Source: Antedon mediterranea
Taxonomy: Eukaryota; Animalia; Echinodermata
Reading direction: 5' to 3'
Assembly (NCBI RefSeq): GCF_964355755.1
Contig: NC_092678.1
Location: 13,886,352-13,950,351, forward strand
DNA length: 64,000 nt
Part shown: positions 51,278 to 63,289 of the stretch, in pieces
Numbering within the stretch: position 1 is the stretch's first letter
Layout: each line of letters opens with the position of its first letter
Program-made: the position numbers and the translations under genes
Notes under the pieces: generated by a model
Told to the model about the DNA's origin: nothing
Database searches by the model: none
The model's input: only the letters and a program-made list of their open reading frames with translations

Positions 51278-53044
51278 TCAATTATAATGTAAAAAACCCA
51301 TAAACACTGCAGCGTTGTCATCAATATTACACTTCATTGCTTTAAATCTTAAGTCTGTCCTTTTTATCTTTTTAATTGAGGTAAACCTGTTTCTAACTTT
51401 ATGTATATTTATTATCTTGGAGTCACAAGGAGAGGTAAATAAACTTTCACTTCTGGCATATACCCTACATAAAAAACTAGTAGAGTTCTCATCATAATGA
51501 TCTTCAATAACTTCACAACAAGTGTCAGCTGATATAATGTAACAGTTATTTGGTGATTTAAATGATATACTTGCAGGTGTTTGATTTAAGTTAACTCTTT
51601 CCTTCAATACATGTCTTTCACTTATTCTTTTTGCTATTTGCGAAATGGGATGTCTGCCAGACCTTACAAGTTTCTTTAAAGTGTACAATTATTCAGATTT
51701 CCAAACAAGTCGGCTTCATCTGCCAAATGTAAAAGTGTATGAACATTGTATATCAAAAATTCTTCGCCATACAAATTTCGCCCTTTTTCTACAAAACACA
51801 CTATAACCGATGGGCATATTCCTTGTAGGCAAGTGCTAATTTTGAGTTTAAAAGTATACAGCAAGCTACACTCAAGTACATAAAATGCTCATTATTTCTC
51901 ATGTGAAAGGATTCTACTCAGGACAAGCTTTCCTGTGTAAAGTAAGAATTGGCGAAATTCAATGGCCTTCCATCTGTCTATTTCTGATAATCCTCTTGGT
52001 TTTCTCTGGAAATCATTGGTCACAAATATTTTTAACCCGATTAATTTATCACTCACAGTTTGTACTTGGGCAGACAAAAAACGAAATCTCAACAATCTGT
52101 TTGATCCTTGACCCACATCAACAACATTTTTTTCATAACACCAAGGCAAGTTTGATGCATAAAATCTAAAGGAAAAGATGTTATCCTACCAATCGGCAAG
52201 TCAAGGAATGGTGATTCATCATTGTGATGATGTTCTCTAAACTCTCGTTCCCTAAAATTTTGGTCTGTTCTTTTTTTTAAGTCTCTTGTTTGCAGGAACA
52301 ACATTCTGCCATTTTTATGTTGCCCTCTTTGGCTAAATTTATCACACCCGTGATAGCCTGAGTAAAGCTTTGTACGTTTTACGAACACCCTGGCGGGTGC
52401 ATCACATATTATGTACCGTATTTTGACTTGAACTCTCATTTCATTGACATCAAGTCCATTTTTTAGAAGATGCTGTAAATCAGCTATGGTGTCTGAAAGA
52501 AAATCTAAGTTACTAGGTTTTGTAGAACTTTCGGTCAATGCAACAATAAAGACATAAGTTGGTGTCAAATTGGCAATACAGCAAAGAACAGGCTAGATTG
52601 ATGAACTAGAACTTTTAAACAATGGTGCACCATCAATATTAAAACCAATTTCAAGAGTTTTTATGTGAAATAGCTTTGGTTTGCAGTAAATGTAAGCTTC
52701 TTTTAACACTTCAGTTAATCCAAAGTAGTGATATTTCATGTTTGATTTATTTCCAATTTCTACTGTTCTTACTGTACCAAGCAAAGTGCATGCAGTACCA
52801 GGTAACTCTGAATGATGTCCAGTTAAAAATAATACTGAATCTTCATCAACTTCATAATTAGAACGGATGATACATTCATAATTAGATCTGCTTTTAATGC
52901 TACTTTCTTTAACTTCATCAAATTGTCTGGATTTTCATTATCTCTCATTCGTTTTACTGCACGCAATGCTTTCATACAATTTCTTCTATATCTTTTTCTT
53001 TTCTCTTGCTTACTTAGTTCAGAATTCATAGTCAGTCTATCCAA
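51278..53044 (-). pseudogene. EnSpm/CACTA-type DDE transposase, multiple stops and frameshifts
   Basis: NIDGAPLFKSS, ICDAPAR..K..SGYHGC, SPF..LDFMH..CLGV, RKPR..WKA.EFRQFLLY.G, LYG...YNVH.LLHL. Confidence 0.9.
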
Positions 53045-53454
53045 ATAATTATAATACAGTTAAACTCGCCGAAGTCAAAAAATCAACGAATTCAAATTTA
53101 TTTTTATATCACTTCATTTTCCCTATACCTACAATTGTTAATACCGTATATATTCAAATAAACATGGGAGCGTTTATTCAAGAGAGGCGTTTATTCAGGG
53201 GAAGGCATTTATTTTTTTTTTTAGTGTGAAATGGTAAAATATATACACATAAACGCCCCTTCGAAATGAAAACTAGCTAGGCTACCTAGGCCTAGTTTAC
53301 CATATCAAAATGTTTATCTCATGGTAATGTACATAATACATTTTATTACAATATTATAAAATATTGGAATGCACTTTCCATTAATATAAAAAAATTGCAA
53401 TACTTTAAATAGTTTTAAATACAATGTAAAGTCACTTTTATCTGAAAGAATACC

Positions 53455-55627
53455 TGTGTATTTACTTACTTGTTTCCCGTACACTTTCGTCTACGGGATC
53501 GAGGCGAAGCACTCAGTGCTTAAAAGCCCCTCTTAGCAATAAAATCATATTCTATATAGGGTGAAAACTTCAGCGGGTGGTTAGACCATGCGACGTTAAG
53601 TTTTGCTTTGAACAAGTTCCCCGTAGCACATGAAACTATATCCATAGGCAGAGCATTCCATAAGAGAATAACTCTCCTGGAGAACGTGTCCCTCCTAATA
53701 TTAGGACGAGAGCTTTTAAACTTGAGTTTATATGGGTGTCCACGGGTCCAAGATTCTAGATCAAATTCAAAAAATGTGTTGATCGAAATACGATCGAAAC
53801 CTTTAACTATCCTAAAAACTTGGATAATATCCGCTCTCTGCCTTTGATATCTCATGGTAGGAAGACCAAGAATTCTCAAACGTTGTTCATAAGGAATATT
53901 ACGGTACCTAGGAATCAATCTTGTTGCTCTTTGCTGGACCTTCTCTATTTTATCCTGATCTCGTTTTCTAATAGGATTATAAACAGTGTTACAATATTCA
54001 AGCGTTGGCCTGACAATAGATTTATACAGCTTCAAAAATCCATCTTTATTCAAGAATTTAAAAGATCTATAAATCATTCCTAGTTTCTTATTAGCTCTTT
54101 TACAAATATCCGCTACATGCAAATAAAAGATTAAACTAGGATCAAAGGTAACACCTAGATCTTTCTCCTGCTTTACCTCATGTAGTAAATTACCAGCCAT
54201 TGAATACAAGAAATTGGGATTATCACGACCATAATGAAATACTTTACACTTAGTGTCATTAAATGGCAATTGCCAAACATTAGACCAATTGGAAGCACTG
54301 TCAATGTCTCTTTGAAATAAATCCGCATCATCATTGTTATTTACCACTCTATACAACTTGGTGTCGTCTGCAAATAAACATATACTAGATTCGATAACAT
54401 CAGGTAAATCGTTAATGAAGATTGAAAATAAGATTGGGCCCACAACGCTACCCTGTGAAATTCCACTTAATACTGGAGCCTGTGATGACAAATGACCATT
54501 GACACTAACTCGTTGTGTTCTATTTGACAAATAATTAGAGAACCATCCTAGTAGATTTCCCGTAATACCAAAACCTTTCAATTTGACTAGAAGCCTTTGG
54601 TGCGGCACACTATCAAAGGCCTTTTTATAGTCTAAATAGACACAATCAAAGCTATCATGGTTATCCAGGTTAGTAGTCCAACTCTCCAGGACATCAAGTA
54701 GTTGCAATGCACATGATCTACCTTGTCTGAATCCAAATTGCTCATTGCACAAAAGACCATTACTCTTAAGATACATTACAAGTTTATCCCTAATAATCCT
54801 TTCCATCATTTTCCCTATGACCGACGTTAAACTAACCGGTCTGTAGTTAGCCGGGTCCTCCTTTTTGCCTTTCTTAAATATAGGTATTACAATTGCCTCC
54901 TTCCACGATAGAGGGGCCTTCTGATCATTGAATAATCTAGTGAATATTAGATTGAGAGGGTAAGCAATTTGATCCTTTAATTCAATCAAAACCCGTGGGT
55001 GAAAGCCATCGGGGCCAGCTGACTTATCTATAACTAAGTTAGACAACAGCTTATGAATATCTTCTACATTAAACTCAATATCTGACAAGGAAGCCTCAAT
55101 CTTTTTATCAAGATTCGGAACATTCGATAAGTTCTCCTTACAAAACACACTGCTAAAAAAAGAATTAAAAGACTCGGCTTTATCTTGGTCATCTACAACA
55201 AGTTTACCTTCAACATTTCCAAGAGTAGGAATACCAGATCTGGTGTTTAACTGAGAATTTACATAACGCCAAAAAGACTTTTCATTGACTTTAACCTCAT
55301 TTGCAATCTTATTTTCGAAGATGCTTTTAGAACTCTTAATCAAATTGACAATATCATTCCTTACTCTAATGAACGTGTTCCATTTGACACTAGCACAGTC
55401 ATGCCCTTTACGTTTTGCTTTGATATACTGTTTCCAGCATTTATTCTTCTGTTTAATAGACTTATCAACCTCATTTAGTATACCACAAAGGTCTCTTAAC
55501 ATTTCCAGACAAGTGTTTCTTACACTTTGGAACAAACTGTTCCATACCTCTAGATAAGATCTCATCAAAAGAACCGTGCGAGTGTAACCCGTCCTTATCC
55601 AATAACTCAGTGTCCCAATCGAAACAG
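53455..55627 (-). mobile_element. 5'-truncated CR1-type LINE
   Basis: RT ORF and (aagt)n-like 3' tail; the upstream frame FDWDTEL..QFVPK..RPLWY joins via one frameshift near 55478. Confidence 0.9.
53520..55478 (-). CDS. CR1-type reverse transcriptase (partial ORF2)
   Basis: NYRPVSLT, LDYKKAFD, G.SQGS, FADD, EKDLGV, TRGH motifs; the first ~30 aa of the listed ORF are off-frame. Confidence 0.92.
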   Translation of the reverse strand, partial: LNEVDKSIKQKNKCWKQYIKAKRKGHDCASVKWNTFIRVRNDIVNLIKSSKSIFENKIANEVKVNEKSFWRYVNSQLNTRSGIPTLGNVEGKLVVDDQDKAESFNSFFSSVFCKENLSNVPNLDKKIEASLSDIEFNVEDIHKLLSNLVIDKSAGPDGFHPRVLIELKDQIAYPLNLIFTRLFNDQKAPLSWKEAIVIPIFKKGKKEDPANYRPVSLTSVIGKMMERIIRDKLVMYLKSNGLLCNEQFGFRQGRSCALQLLDVLESWTTNLDNHDSFDCVYLDYKKAFDSVPHQRLLVKLKGFGITGNLLGWFSNYLSNRTQRVSVNGHLSSQAPVLSGISQGSVVGPILFSIFINDLPDVIESSICLFADDTKLYRVVNNNDDADLFQRDIDSASNWSNVWQLPFNDTKCKVFHYGRDNPNFLYSMAGNLLHEVKQEKDLGVTFDPSLIFYLHVADICKRANKKLGMIYRSFKFLNKDGFLKLYKSIVRPTLEYCNTVYNPIRKRDQDKIEKVQQRATRLIPRYRNIPYEQRLRILGLPTMRYQRQRADIIQVFRIVKGFDRISINTFFEFDLESWTRGHPYKLKFKSSRPNIRRDTFSRRVILLWNALPMDIVSCATGNLFKAKLNVAWSNHPLKFSPYIEYDFIAKRGF

Positions 55628-55790
55628 TTATGTACAGTATTTTATATATTTTTAACTTTAAGCAATTGTATTATGTGCAATTAAACGCTTAGTGCCACGG
55701 GCGGCGTTAGAAACCCCATGGGACATGCGTTGAAAACCCCTAGTCGGCGTTACACACCAAACGTTCCTTCTGTGTTTGAGGGCGATAATC

Positions 55791-56728
55791 ACTAACTTCT
55801 GCTTGTCTGAGGATTCTGGGATAGCGATCAATCGAAAAATTTTCTTTCGAAAAATGTCAACGAAAACATTTTCGCTATAGGAAAATCTTTTGGAAATATT
55901 AATTAAAAACTGATTAATTAATCAAAATCATGTTGTTTGTGGATTACACGTTCCCCGTATCTAGTCAGACAACCGGAAACACTGACTCCTTTGTTGAACA
56001 AGGGCAACAGCCATTAAGTCGCGTGCTACAATGCATAGTGATACCGGACCGACAGACAGACCGACAGACCGACAGACAGACAGACCAACCGACCGACATA
56101 GTGAACTATACTGACCGAAATTACTGAACATGTTTAAAAATGTTGAAATGTTTAAAAACATTTATATTTTTTTAATTTACACGTGCGTAGCCTGTCACTT
56201 TTGACGTGCTCGTATAACGTAATTTCGAGTTGAAAAGTAAGTCAAGAAAACAGAAATCGGGCAAAAAGAGTGCGCAATAACATTTAACGCACAGTGCGCG
56301 CGCAAAAATATGCTCACTCATGGCTATTTTGTAAACGCTTAAAATTGCCTGAAACGTACTCTTATTTCATCGAAAATAAATTTTGAAAATTTTAAGCGCG
56401 CGTACGCATGCGTTACATGCGCTACGCACGTAATTGTATTGCCATATGATGATTTATGCCATGAAATTTATGAGTACCAAATTTTATTTAATTGTGATTC
56501 ATGGTTGTGAAGATATGATTACAAACGTGACTTCGTTAAATCGTGCGTAGACCGCGTAATTTTTTATTGCGCAGCGTGAAAACATAACCACATTGATTCC
56601 TGGCCTTAAGGAATATACTGTGAAAAATTGACCTAGCTAGATTAAACTGATATCAAGATAAGATCAGAAAGCGATAAAACGCATAGTGATACCGGACCGA
56701 CAGACCGACAGACAGACAGACATTAACC

Positions 56729-56763
<35 letters not shown>

Positions 56764-57308
56764 CGACCAACCGACCGGCCGACATAGTGAACTATAGAGT
56801 CGCTTCCACGCGACTAAAAATGTGCAACGCGAGAAGGATTGTTTGTAGGCCCATGCAGCACGTTGTCAGAATTTACTCGCCTGAGCAACTTGCTTGTAGT
56901 GGGCATGCCCAGACTAACGATGGTGATAGGATGGTTTGATTGGGCCTAGGCTAAAATTATACGATGGCGGTTTATTTGAATAAAATAACTCGTATCTAAC
57001 TCTCCTATTATTACTTTTGTTCAAGTAAATGTACATTTATAGGTATGTATTATAAATATTTGTTTCTTGGGGTTTCCTAAATATCATTTTATTATCGTTT
57101 TTATACGATTTTTTAAAGCAATTTCTTGGAAAGTTTATTTAATTTAATAATAATTTAATTATTGTTTTTAGAAACATATTTTCATACATTTATGATAAAA
57201 TGATGAAATTACTGTTTTAAAAATGTCAACTCCCTGGAGTACTATACAAATGCTGTTCTGAAAAGAATTCGGTTGAGGGGAAATGGCTCTCTCTTGGGAA
57301 TTTGGTAC
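55791..57308 (+). repeat. 1.5-kb direct duplication, copy 1 (contains HINE-like core ~55997-56820)
   Basis: Near-identical to 59599-61129; (gaca)n microsatellites and hairpin agtcgc..gcgact. Confidence 0.92.
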
Positions 57309-57399
57309 TAATTAACGCTTAAACATTGCAATATTTTAACTAAATTTCAAAATACGTACCTGTGTAATCCTTCATTTTATGTTTTCTGTGCAATTTGTT

Positions 57400-57600
57400 A
57401 ACCTTTTAGTAGTCTTAGGGCGCTTTAAGTGCAATTAACAGTGTTATTTTTATGTCTGAGGACCCCAATAGAAATAAGTTTTCTTTTAAACTTTCTTATT
57501 CCTCGGTTCATTCTATTAATATTGTTATCTTGTTCTTTTTTCTATGTTATGTTTGTCTTTGTATTTTTGAGTGAACCAAATAAAACTGAACTGAACTGAA
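57400..57600 (+). mobile_element. LINE 3'-UTR fragment
   Basis: Ends aataaaactgaactgaactgaa. Confidence 0.5.
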
Positions 57601-57844
57601 AATGTCACTTCATTTTCCCTATACCTACAATGGTTAATATTAAATACCATATTTATTCAAATAAACACGGGAGCTTTTATTCAAGGGAGGCGTTTATTCA
57701 GGGGAAGGCGTTGATTTTTTTTAGAGTAAAATGGTGAAATATATACACAAATAAATGCCCCTTCAGAATGAAAACTAGCTAGGCTACCTATAGGCCTAGT
57801 TTACCATTTCAAAATTTTAATTAAAATTACCGGTTTGTTCGGAA

Positions 57845-58040
57845 TTTCTTCTCTGGGCCTAATAAGTTATTTATAGTTCATAGTTCATTTTATTTGTCCA
57901 TACGGAAATTCTTGTGATCATATAATATATAGATAGTCGCCCTTTCTTCTCTGTGCCTAATAAGTTATTTATAGTTCATAGTTCATTTTATTTGTCCATA
58001 CGGAAATTCTTGTGATCATATAATATATAGATAGTCGCCC
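57845..58040. repeat. ~98-bp tandem duplication
   Basis: tttcttctctg.gcctaataag...gatagtcgccc occurs twice. Confidence 0.9.
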
Positions 58041-58419
58041 TATATCTTATCATATTGCCTGGTTAAGCCTTAGAAGTATAATAATATATATAGTTTATCA
58101 GGCTAGTTAGTTAGGCACAGTTAGGCATCACTAGTATCAGACGTCTAGTCTAGGGCTAGGCCTATCTAGGATAGCATAGTACTTGGTACTTGGTTTGTCC
58201 TCCTGAATCTTCCACGAGCGAGGGAAATTAACTAGATAGGAGGTCTCAGTGAAGTAGGCGCGCCTACCACAATAGACTTTCCTAGATTATATGGCCTATA
58301 CTAATACTAGGCATAACATCAATTCATAAACATTCTATTTACGTATGCAAAATATTAGATACCTAATAATGTTATCTCTATTTTTACAGTAAAAATATAA
58401 TTAACTTACTTTATAAAAA

Positions 58420-59075
58420 CGCAACCTCGTTTTTACAACGTGTATGCCGAACGTTTGCTTTGAACGTTGTATAAATGTTATATTTGGAGTTAATCAAGAC
58501 TTTAAAATGTTATGTTAATAAGTAACATAAAATATACGTTATTATAATACGTTTTTATAACATTATTATTACATCTTAAATTAACGTTATGTTATAGTTT
58601 GCATTTTACATTTGTACAACGTATTTCACAAAGTTTGTCTTAAACGTTGTATAAGCGTTATACTTGTACATTATCAAGACGTTAAAATGTTACGTTAATA
58701 AATAACATTACAACTAAGTTATTAAAAAACGTTTCTATAACATTATTATTACATCTTAAATTAACGTTAGTTTATAGTTTGTATTTTACCTTCGTATAAC
58801 GTATTATTAACGTTTGTCTTAAATGTTGTATACATGTTATATTGGTACGTTATCAAGACTTCAAAATGTTACGTTAATAAATAAAATATAAACTACGTTA
58901 TTATAATACGTTTTTATAACATTATTATTACATCTTAAATTAACGTTAGTTTATAGTTTGTATTTTAGGTTTGTATAGCGTATTTCTGAACGTTTGTCTT
59001 GAACGTTGTATAAATGTTATATTGGTACGTTATCAAGACGTCAAAATGTTACGTTAATAAATAACATATAACGTA
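58420..59075. repeat. Right subterminal array (~180-bp unit, ~3.5 copies)
   Basis: AACGTT/TAACGT-rich unit; cattattattacatcttaaattaacgtta recurs every ~180 bp. Confidence 0.9.
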
Positions 59076-59598
59076 CATTGTCGTTTAGAGAAACAAATAA
59101 ATATACACATGAGTTATGTAGTCAACTCAAATTAGCACCCTGGGAATTAGACCTACTTCCGAAAGAGAAATTTATCATAAAATGCGTCAACATTTTTTAT
59201 TTGGACTTATTTCAACAAACTTGTGTTTTGTATGTAACATTAGTGTTGACGGATGGGTACAAGAGGAACACTTTTTAAATATATTCTTTATATCTTTATT
59301 CTTCCATGTTTTATAGGCCTATAAATAATATCACAATAATACAGTACAACATTTGCGATTTAATACTTTGTTTTTTTTTATCTTTTCTCATTTCATATAA
59401 TATATAATACATTTCCGTTTCCTCAGTAGTTTTACTTTTTTTTCTATTAACACATGTTATTTTCACCATCCTACTTAACATCTAATATTCAATTAACAAT
59501 GTTTGTTTTTTCTTCTGATTAGAACAATCAGTTGTATTCATTTCGTAACCTATTCTTATATAATTTCTACTAGTACTGATTTCTTTTTTTGTATACTA

Positions 59599-61129
59599 AC
59601 TAACTTCTGCTTGTCTGAAGATTCTGGGATAGCCTTTATTCGATCAGGCGTAAAATTTTCTTTCGAAAAATGTCAACGAAAACATTTTCGCTATAGGAAA
59701 ATCTTTTGGAAATATTAATTAAAAACTGATTAATTAATCAAAATCATGTTGTTTGTGGATTACACGTTCCCCGTATCTAGTCAGACAACCGGAAACACTG
59801 ACTCCTTTGTTGAACAAGGCCAACAACCATTAAGTCGCGTGCTACAATGCATAGTGATACCGGACCGACAGACAGACCGACAGACAGACCAAACAGACCA
59901 ACAAACAGACCGACAGACTGACAGACCGACCGACCGAAATAGTGAACTAGTGAACTATACTGACCGAAATTACTGAACATGTTTAAAAATGTTGAAATGT
60001 TTAAAAACATTTATATTTTTTTAATTTACACGTGCGTAGCCTGTAACTTTTGACGTGCTCGTATAACGTAATTTCGAGTTGAAAAGTAAGTCAAGAAAAC
60101 AGAAATCGGGCAAAAAGTGTGCGCAACAACATTTAACGCGCAGTGCGCGCGCAAAAATATGCGCACTCATGGCAATTTTGTAAACGCTTAAAATTGCCTG
60201 AAACGTACTCTTATTTCATCAAAAATAAATTTTGAAAATTTTAAGTGCGCGTGCGCATGCGTTACATGCGCTACGCACGTCATTGTATTGCCATATGATG
60301 ATTTATGCCCTGAAATTTATGAGTACCAAATTTTATTTAATTGTGATTCATGGTTGTGAAGATATGATTACAAACGTGATTTCGTTCAATCGTGCGTAGA
60401 CCGCGTAATTTTTTATTGTGCACCGTGAAAACATAACCACATTGATTCCTGGCCATAAGGAATATGCTGTGAAAAATTGACCTAGCTAGATTAAACTGAT
60501 ATCAAGATAAGGTCAGAAAGCGATAAAACGCATAGTGATACCGGACCGACAGACCGACAGACAGACAGACAGACAGACCGACCAACCGACCAACCGACCG
60601 GCCGACATAGTGAACTATAGAGTCGCTTCCACGCGACTAAAAATGTGCAACGCGAAGGATTGTTTGTAGGCCCATGCAGCACGTTGTCAGAATTTACTCG
60701 CCTGAGCAACTTGCTTGTAGTGGGCATGCTCAGACTAACGATGGTGATAGGATGGTTTGATTGGGCCTAGGCTAAAATTATACGATGGCGGTTTATTTGA
60801 ATAAAATAACTCGTATCTAACTCTCCTATTATTACTTTCGTTCAAGTAAATGTACATTTATAGGTATGTATTATAAATATTTGTTTCTTGGGGTTTCCTA
60901 AATATCATTTTATTATCGTTTTTATACGATTTTTTAAAGCAATTTCTTAGAAAGTTTATTTAATTTAAAAATAGATTAATTATTGTTTTTAGAAACATAT
61001 TTTCATACATTTATGATAAAATGATGAAATTACTGTTTTAAAAATGTCAACTCCCTGGAGTACTATACAAATGCTGTTCTGAAAAGAATTCGGTTGAGGG
61101 GAAATGGCTCTCTCTTGGGAATTTGGTAC
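59599..61129 (+). repeat. 1.5-kb direct duplication, copy 2 (HINE-like core ~59812-60643)
   Basis: Near-identical to 55791-57308. Confidence 0.92.
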
Positions 61130-61669
61130 CATTACGCGGACCAGGCTACTTTAGCGTTACGTTTGGCATCCACTGAATCAGTGGATGACCTATCCCCTCA
61201 ACATGTCAATTGTGGTATAAGTTGACAGGAATAATACTCTGTGGTGTAATAAAAATGCCAGCGTGTTTATTTAAGACTGCAAGTGTTAAGAATAACTTGT
61301 TGTCCATTATCAACTTCCTCTTACCAATGACCAATAGCAAACAGGCACTGCTTGTCAATCAGGTCCTCACTGACTGGGTATTAACCAATCAATTTACTAT
61401 TAGATAGGTCACTGATTTTATACAATAGTTTGCGGGAAATTTGATTTCTGACCTTATACAGGAATAAATACTTTAGTGGTTGTTTATAATCTAATCTAAA
61501 TATTTCTCAATGCTGCTTTATGCAAAGCAAAGGAATTTAACTAGAACTACAGACACATTAAATAAATACTTTTAAACATGAACAATAGTTTTGCTAGGGA
61601 ATTGGGATGGCCGTGTGATATTCAATTTATTAAATTTAATGGGAAAGTACAGTATATATATTTCACAAA

Positions 61670-62920
61670 ATGACTTAAAATATCTTCGTATGTCATCAGG
61701 CAGCATTTTAAAGGCCATGGAAGCCCTTTGGTCGATTTTGGGAACAAAATGGATTGATAGTCAATCATGAGTACTTCCGAACAGTGCTATAAATGTATCA
61801 CGAAAGCATATTAGTGTTTCATGTTTTATTCACCTGTTGTTGGGTGGTGGACATCTTGTAGACAATATGTACAGCAGCAACAAACATACATAATTGATAC
61901 AAATGAACACAATTTAAATTTGATAACTCTACGCGATTTTATACGAGATAAATGCGTAGACTCGGTCATCAATGACCGTCTACTTGATAATATAAACGAC
62001 GAGCCCGTGGTTGAAATTACCTGGAAGAAAATGTACAACAGAACTATTAGAAAGAATTAATCGCAAAAGGGTTAGGCCTAAGCCAGATATACCATGGAGT
62101 TCAAATATCCCCCGCCATTCCTCTTGATGGATTGAGGCGGCAGGCCTCAAAGCGATTTTAAAATTGAATGGAAGCGCATCGAAAATCAATAAAAGATCTT
62201 TCTCGGAAGATTCATTGTGGAGGAAAATCTGACTTGCTGCATGCGTTTGCATGGTAGGTAGAAATCAACAGTGCCGATAAAAATAAAATAATTAACAAAT
62301 TCTTATCAGATAGATCTACGTAAATGTGTGAAGTAGGACTAAAGAGGTCTTATTTACAGTATATCAGTAGGCCTAATATATATTCGTATAAAATATCCTA
62401 ATTTCCACAACTCAGGATTATGTCCATAATGATATCAATAGTAAGATTCTGTTATAGGCCTATGCGTGATTTTTTTTTATTAAGCCACTAATTTTTCATT
62501 ATCATACATTAAATTCAATTATACCATACACAATTCAGTGATTATTTTACAGTTATTTTCTCATTTTCCCAATTGTCTTTTCTCTTACAGGTAATAACGT
62601 GGTACGTGCTTCATGATTGATGGTAAAATTAATTTATACCTGTAACAATAGAGTATGGCAAGGCGTTTCGGACCGGATGGAGTACTCCTTTAAAGTTGTC
62701 ATCGGAGAAGATTAGGTGGAAGAAATGCTTTCCATGGACTGCACCAGAAGTAATTTCTGGTGTCAATTTCTGGTGTCGAAGCACCATCAGAGCACAGCGA
62801 TATTTACGCGTTTGGATACATGTGCAGCCGCATATTTACCAAAACGAACAACATAAGAATACGGGAAACTGCATGCGGCGGCCGTCACCTGCAGAGCTAG
62901 CTTGGCCACCACCTTTTATG
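61670..62920 (+). pseudogene. Protein-kinase pseudogene with one visible intron
   Basis: LIAKGL (~62057-62074); HNSG.VHNDIN|intron 62441-62590|SNNVV; EYGKA; FPWTAPEV; SDIYAFGY; in order but frameshifted. Confidence 0.7.
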
Positions 62921-63289
62921 TAATAACGTTAGATCATGAATAATTAAAAGTCATACGTTTTTCAGAATGGATTTTTAAAAAAGGGGAGCAATAAATTGTA
63001 GCTTTGTTTTCTTTTATTTATTATTAGTTTATGTATACATATTTTTTTATTTTTCGTATTCGTATTTAATGTTATATTTCGGGGTGGGTGAAACTTACTG
63101 ACTGACTTATTATGACTCTCTCCCCACATGATTACTTCATTGCATTTATTATCCTGTATGTATGTTATTATATTGTGGAAATAAAATAAATAAAATAAAA
63201 TTGAAATTGAAATTATATTTATTTGCAATTATCACATATTTTGTTCTATTTTACATTGTATAAAATTGTTATAAAACGATGACAACATA

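Larger units (their letters stand above)
32487..59075 (-). mobile_element. Large degenerate EnSpm/CACTA (CMC) DNA transposon with nested insertions; right terminus not found
   Basis: Left end CCCAGCTAACAAAATAACGTT; AACGTT-rich subterminal arrays at both ends; transposase and spliced accessory gene on the same strand between them. Confidence 0.7.

Noticed and set aside
55930-56161. Short ORFs with DRQT repeats (also 59746-60010 and 60491-60727)
   Set aside because: Translations of (gaca)n microsatellites.
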